Source of the DNA: Candidatus Saccharimonadota bacterium | GTDB lineage: Bacteria; Patescibacteriota; Gracilibacteria; BD1-5; UBA6164 | Length of the DNA: 32,000 nt | Direction of reading: 5' to 3' | Assembly: GCA_004563595.2 (NCBI GenBank) | Contig: CP042461.1 | Location: forward strand, 690,001-722,000 | Shown: one piece after another, positions 28,554-32,000 of the stretch | How the letters are laid out: each line of letters opens with the position of its first letter | Numbering within the stretch: position 1 is the first letter of the stretch | The notes under the pieces: generated by a model | The model's input: the letters and a program-made list of their open reading frames with translations, nothing else | What the model was told of the DNA's origin: nothing | The model's database searches: none | Translations under genes and position numbers: made by a program

Positions 28554-30578
28554 TTATTTTTTATAATAAAAATCTTTTTTGAGTCAATGAGATTCAATGA
28601 GACTATTATTCATCTCAAGCTCCATATCATATGACTGTAATCAAGGTTGTTTATAAAACTTAAAATCATAATTCTTACATTCAGAGTTCTCTAAGCTATA
28701 TTTAAGTCAGTATTGTGTTGTTTCTAGTCTTCTTGTTTTTATGAAGAATTCAGCAATTTTATAGTTATCATACTGAACAATTTTTAATCATTTTTTAGGA
28801 GTAATAATGGCATTTTCGGGGAGCAATACTCTCATAAATTGATGATTTTCTCACTTTCATTGGATGTTTAAAATATGATCTCTATTTTTTATATTATATG
28901 AATCAAATAATATATTGAGTTCCGCTTCATTATCTTTTGTGAAATGATGAGATGAAAAAATATCGATACTTGTATCAATGGAACAATCATTATGTAAAGT
29001 TACTATTTTTTTAAATTTTCTTTTCATATACCTATCAGATTTATTTCCTGATAGAGAGGTGAAAACTGGATATGAGAAATCTAGAGTTTTATTAAAGTTT
29101 AATTTTCAATTTAAATTAAGCTTCCAGAGCATGTTATTTTCTTCTGGAATAAATGAATATATCATAATTTCCCTGTTCTTTAGATGAGTCAAGAGTACTT
29201 TTACATAGCTTACATAATCTTTTTTTTCTTTTAGTTTCTCAATAAATACATTTGAAAAATCAAAAAGTATTTGTTTCGGTGTTCCCAATGATCATACTTT
29301 GAAAGTTTTCGCTTCTACTAAAGTAGAGATCAGTAGTGAAAAATTTTCAGAACTTATTTCTTCGTCAATCCCTTTTATTTGTAATGGCCCTAATAGTGCC
29401 AACAACTCAATGATGGTATTTTGATTAATATAAATTATCCCATCAACATTGATATTTATCTTATCAAGAAAAAATTTAATATCATTCGAAGAATCTTCAA
29501 CCAGAGGTGCATAATTTGCATCCCTTAATCAAAATGTTCATGTGATTTTATTCAATCATTTAGGAGCTTGGATTTTTTTTGTGTATACCTTATTAATATT
29601 CCATTCATATGCATAGATATCAGACTTTTCTATACTTTTAATATTTCATCTATACACAGTTACAAGTCATAAACTTCACATAAAACCTCAGGTAGGTCTA
29701 ATCTCATCGTTATTTTGAAAAACGATGAGATATTTTTTTTCTCTATCGTGTCAAAATAGGTTTACAAAAGTATCAAAATTTCAATTAATATATTTCAGAT
29801 AACTCTGTAGAGTTTTAATTTTTGATATATTTGATTCAAGCCTGCTTTCTAGCTCTCAGTTTCATAAACCCCCTATTTTGTTATAATATCATAACGAATT
29901 TATCAAAAGCTTTTCAAAGCGAATAAGATCTTCTTTATTATTATAAATAAGGTTTGATACGTATACGTTTTCTATTCATTTTGTATTTATAAATGTATAC
30001 AATTCAGAATAAAATTGAATGAGTGAATCTCATAGCTTTGTAATCTCTTTTCATCATTTAACAATATTATAACCATTTGTTATATTTTCATTCTGAATGA
30101 TCAGAAGAGGTTTTAGAAGTATATCTGCCAGAATAAAATCAAATCTAGCATTGTTAAAAGCTTTTTTTACTTCTTCCAAATTCATTGATTCCTCTTTGAT
30201 AGCTTGGAGTTTATTATATCATGAATAAATAAATCATTGAACTATAAATTTAAATGAAATAATAAATATAAATATTCAAATAAAGACCCCTATCCATAAG
30301 CGGGAAGATTTTATATTTAGAAAATGAGTATTATCATTATTTTCTTGTATATTAATATCTTTATTAAATTTAGATTTTGTAAATCAATCAAAATTTTGTG
30401 TATTATTTTTATGTATTTGAACATATTTTGATTGAGATAAATTAATTTCTTTTTTATTCAGAGTTATATCATTTGTAGAGTTTCATTTCAATTGATTCAC
30501 TGTAATATCTGTGATATCATCTTCTCGCCTCATATCAATGTCTTTTTCTAAATTTGTCTCTATGTCATTTATTTTCAT
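28554..30578 (-). CDS. DUF4012-domain membrane-anchored protein, 674 aa
   Basis: ATG 30578 runs to TAA 28554-28556 with many TGA=Gly. It has one TM segment (LWIGVFIGIFIFIISF). The signature YLIVFQNNDEIRPTG(TGA)G(ggt)FMG(TGA)S is characteristic of DUF4012. Track ORF 29106..29288 is an internal piece. Confidence 0.72.
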
Positions 30579-30636
30579 TCGTAAAAACGCTAAGAATATT
30601 TAGCTTTATAGTAAAGAAAAAAGGTATTTTCACAAA

Positions 30637-30665
30637 TAAAAAAAACTGGTATTTTCCAGTTTTTC
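30637..30665 (-). terminator. Intrinsic terminator downstream of dnaA
   Basis: AACTGG (30644-30649) pairs with CCAGTT (30656-30661) across a 6-nt loop. On the minus strand it is followed by a T8 tract. Confidence 0.7.
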
Positions 30666-30679
30666 TTATTTGTAATATA

Positions 30680-32000
30680 TTATAATCAAATACTATCTCT
30701 AATTCTATTTACTTCTTGAAGTAACACTTGATCTTTTTTGATTATCTTCTGAAGTTTATTACATGAGTAAAGAACAGATGCATGATTTCTTCCAGAAAAG
30801 ATATTTCAAATTCTTTCATAAGTATAATTCATTTTTGTTTTTAACAAATACATAGTGATTTGTCTTGGTATCATAAATTCTTTTCTTCTATTTCCTCAAA
30901 GAATTCATTCTCTTTCAATTCAAAAATGATTACTTACTGCATCAATGATATCTTCATAACTTTTTATAGTTGTTCTTTCTTTTGATTTTCAACTTCCGAG
31001 TAAGTCAGTTGTAAAACTTAGTTTTTTAAGTTGAGCAGAAATCCTTAGGAGAGTTGGTCCATTTCAAGTAAGTTCATATTCAGCGATCATTTGATTTAAT
31101 ACTCACTCTAATTCCCTTACATTTTCAACAACATTTGCTGCAATAAACTCCGCTACATCTTGAGGGATCATAAATTCTCTTTCCCTTGCTTTTTCTTGTA
31201 AGATAGCAAGTCTCGTTTCAAAATCTGGTTTTCAAATATCAACAGTAATTCCCCACTCAAATCTACTTCTGAGTCTTGGTTCTAGTTCTGTAAGCTCTTT
31301 TGGTGCCCTATCTCAACTAATAATAATTTGTTTATTTGAATCGTAGAGAAGATTGAAAATATTATATAATTCATTTTGTGTTTGTTCCTTTTTTGCTAAG
31401 AATTGTACATCATCAATAATAAGTACATCTATTTCTCTATACTTTAGTCTTAACCTTTCTATACTTCTTTTTTTAACAGATGTTACATATTCAGTAATAA
31501 ACTTATCTGCTGTAGTATACATCACATTTTTATCTTTGAATTTTTTCATAACTGCATTTCAGGCAGCTTGTAATAAATGTGTTTTTCCAAGTCATACGTC
31601 TCCATAAATGTAGAGTGGATTATATGAATGTCATGGATTTTTACAGACAGCTTCTGCTGCAGAAAATGCAAGTTGATTATCACCTCAAACAATAAAATTG
31701 TTCAAACTATATCTATCATTAATACATTTAGCAGTTTTTCATGAAATGTTCATTATATCATTTCATGAAATTTTTTTAGCTTTTTTAGCTTTTGCATTTG
31801 TTTTATAAAAACTTGCACAATCAACTACATTTGTACTTGATGGGTTGTCAATATTTTGATCTACTTTGAATTCAATTCTTTCAACTGTAGGAATTTCTTT
31901 TTTTGTATTCTGTAAAATTTGGTCGTAAAATTTTGCTTCAAGATTATCTTTCATAAATGCTGATACAACTCAAAAAGTTACTTTTGTGTCTGTAGCATCC
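30680..32000 (-). CDS. dnaA: Chromosomal replication initiator DnaA (N-terminus beyond the window edge)
   Basis: The frame is open from the window edge to TAA 30680-30682 with TGA=Gly. Track ORF 31313..31549 holds the AAA+ core ([27 protein letters not shown]). The Walker A region GG(TGA)LGKTHLLQA lies near 31560-31600. The C-terminal DNA-binding domain ends ...[14 protein letters not shown]. Confidence 0.9.

Noticed and set aside
306-31607. Standard-code ORFs from the track lying antisense to longer genes: 306..590(+), 10118..10312(+), 12083..12313(+), 12923..13129(+), 14746..14970(+), 15201..15398(+), 17415..17747(+), 19032..19268(-), 21227..21427(-), 25921..26160(+), 28978..29187(+), 31353..31607(+).
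   Set aside because: Each lies opposite a longer gene with recognisable conserved motifs (wecB, DegT-like/murF, hydrolase, the lipoproteins, pcrA, rlmD, dnaX, DUF4012, dnaA). Their translations are low-complexity, Phe/Ile/Ser/Leu-rich, as expected for shadow ORFs in AT-rich DNA.
1-32000. Interpreting the fragmented ORFs as a heavily pseudogenised or frameshifted genome, or as a table-4 (TGA=Trp) Mollicutes-like genome.
   Set aside because: The interruptions are exclusively TGA and never change frame. They coincide with invariant Gly positions in P-loops, GxSxG, DFG and VGEMRD motifs. Trp would be incompatible with these positions.
1-32000. I searched intergenic regions for tRNA, rRNA, CRISPR repeats, transposase or integrase genes, and long direct or inverted repeats flanking the cassettes.
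   Set aside because: None was found by eye. Intergenic regions are short and AT-rich without tRNA-like GC-rich stems, no spaced repeat array exists, and no recombinase-like ORF appears under either code. A sensitive scan with tRNAscan, Infernal and a repeat finder was not possible here.

Overview
This is a strongly AT-rich bacterial chromosome segment that is only coherent if TGA is read as glycine (translation table 25, as in the Gracilibacteria/Absconditabacteria-type CPR lineages). TGA sits at invariant Gly positions of Walker A loops and catalytic motifs. Examples are PcrA AGAGSGKT, PilT GPTGSGKST and VGEMRD, MurE GVTGTNGKT, the hydrolase GHSNGG and the kinase DFG. All recoded genes stop at TAA or TAG. 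Under table 25 the fragmented standard-code ORF track resolves into about 24 intact, tightly packed genes. These are wecB, two EamA-like transporters, an SPFH protein, an ePK-like kinase, a FemAB/DegT-like/murF/hydrolase operon, pcrA, an rlmD-like methyltransferase, pilT plus a cNMP-binding-like protein, a truncated priA, dnaX, murE, a DUF4012 protein, dnaA (running off the right edge) and several hypotheticals. No rRNA, tRNA, CRISPR array, transposase or integrase was recognised. The most unusual signal is a second gene class at three loci (12.6-15.1 kb, 17.4-19.0 kb, 26.2-27.2 kb). It comprises four envelope-protein genes: two lipoproteins (one with SLH-like repeats), one small two-TM protein and one TM-anchored coiled-coil protein. 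They contain no TGA at all (71 Gly codons, all GGN). They carry strong Shine-Dalgarno sites that the recoded neighbours lack, each has its own promoter and a relatively GC-rich terminator, and one ends in TGA just before its terminator. These look like standard-code-compatible expression cassettes embedded in a recoded genome. Other oddities are a MurF with a polytopic membrane N-terminus, a MurE lacking the canonical N-domain, and a half-length PriA. All coordinates and translations were derived by hand from the sequence. Family assignments rest on recognised motifs, not on database searches.
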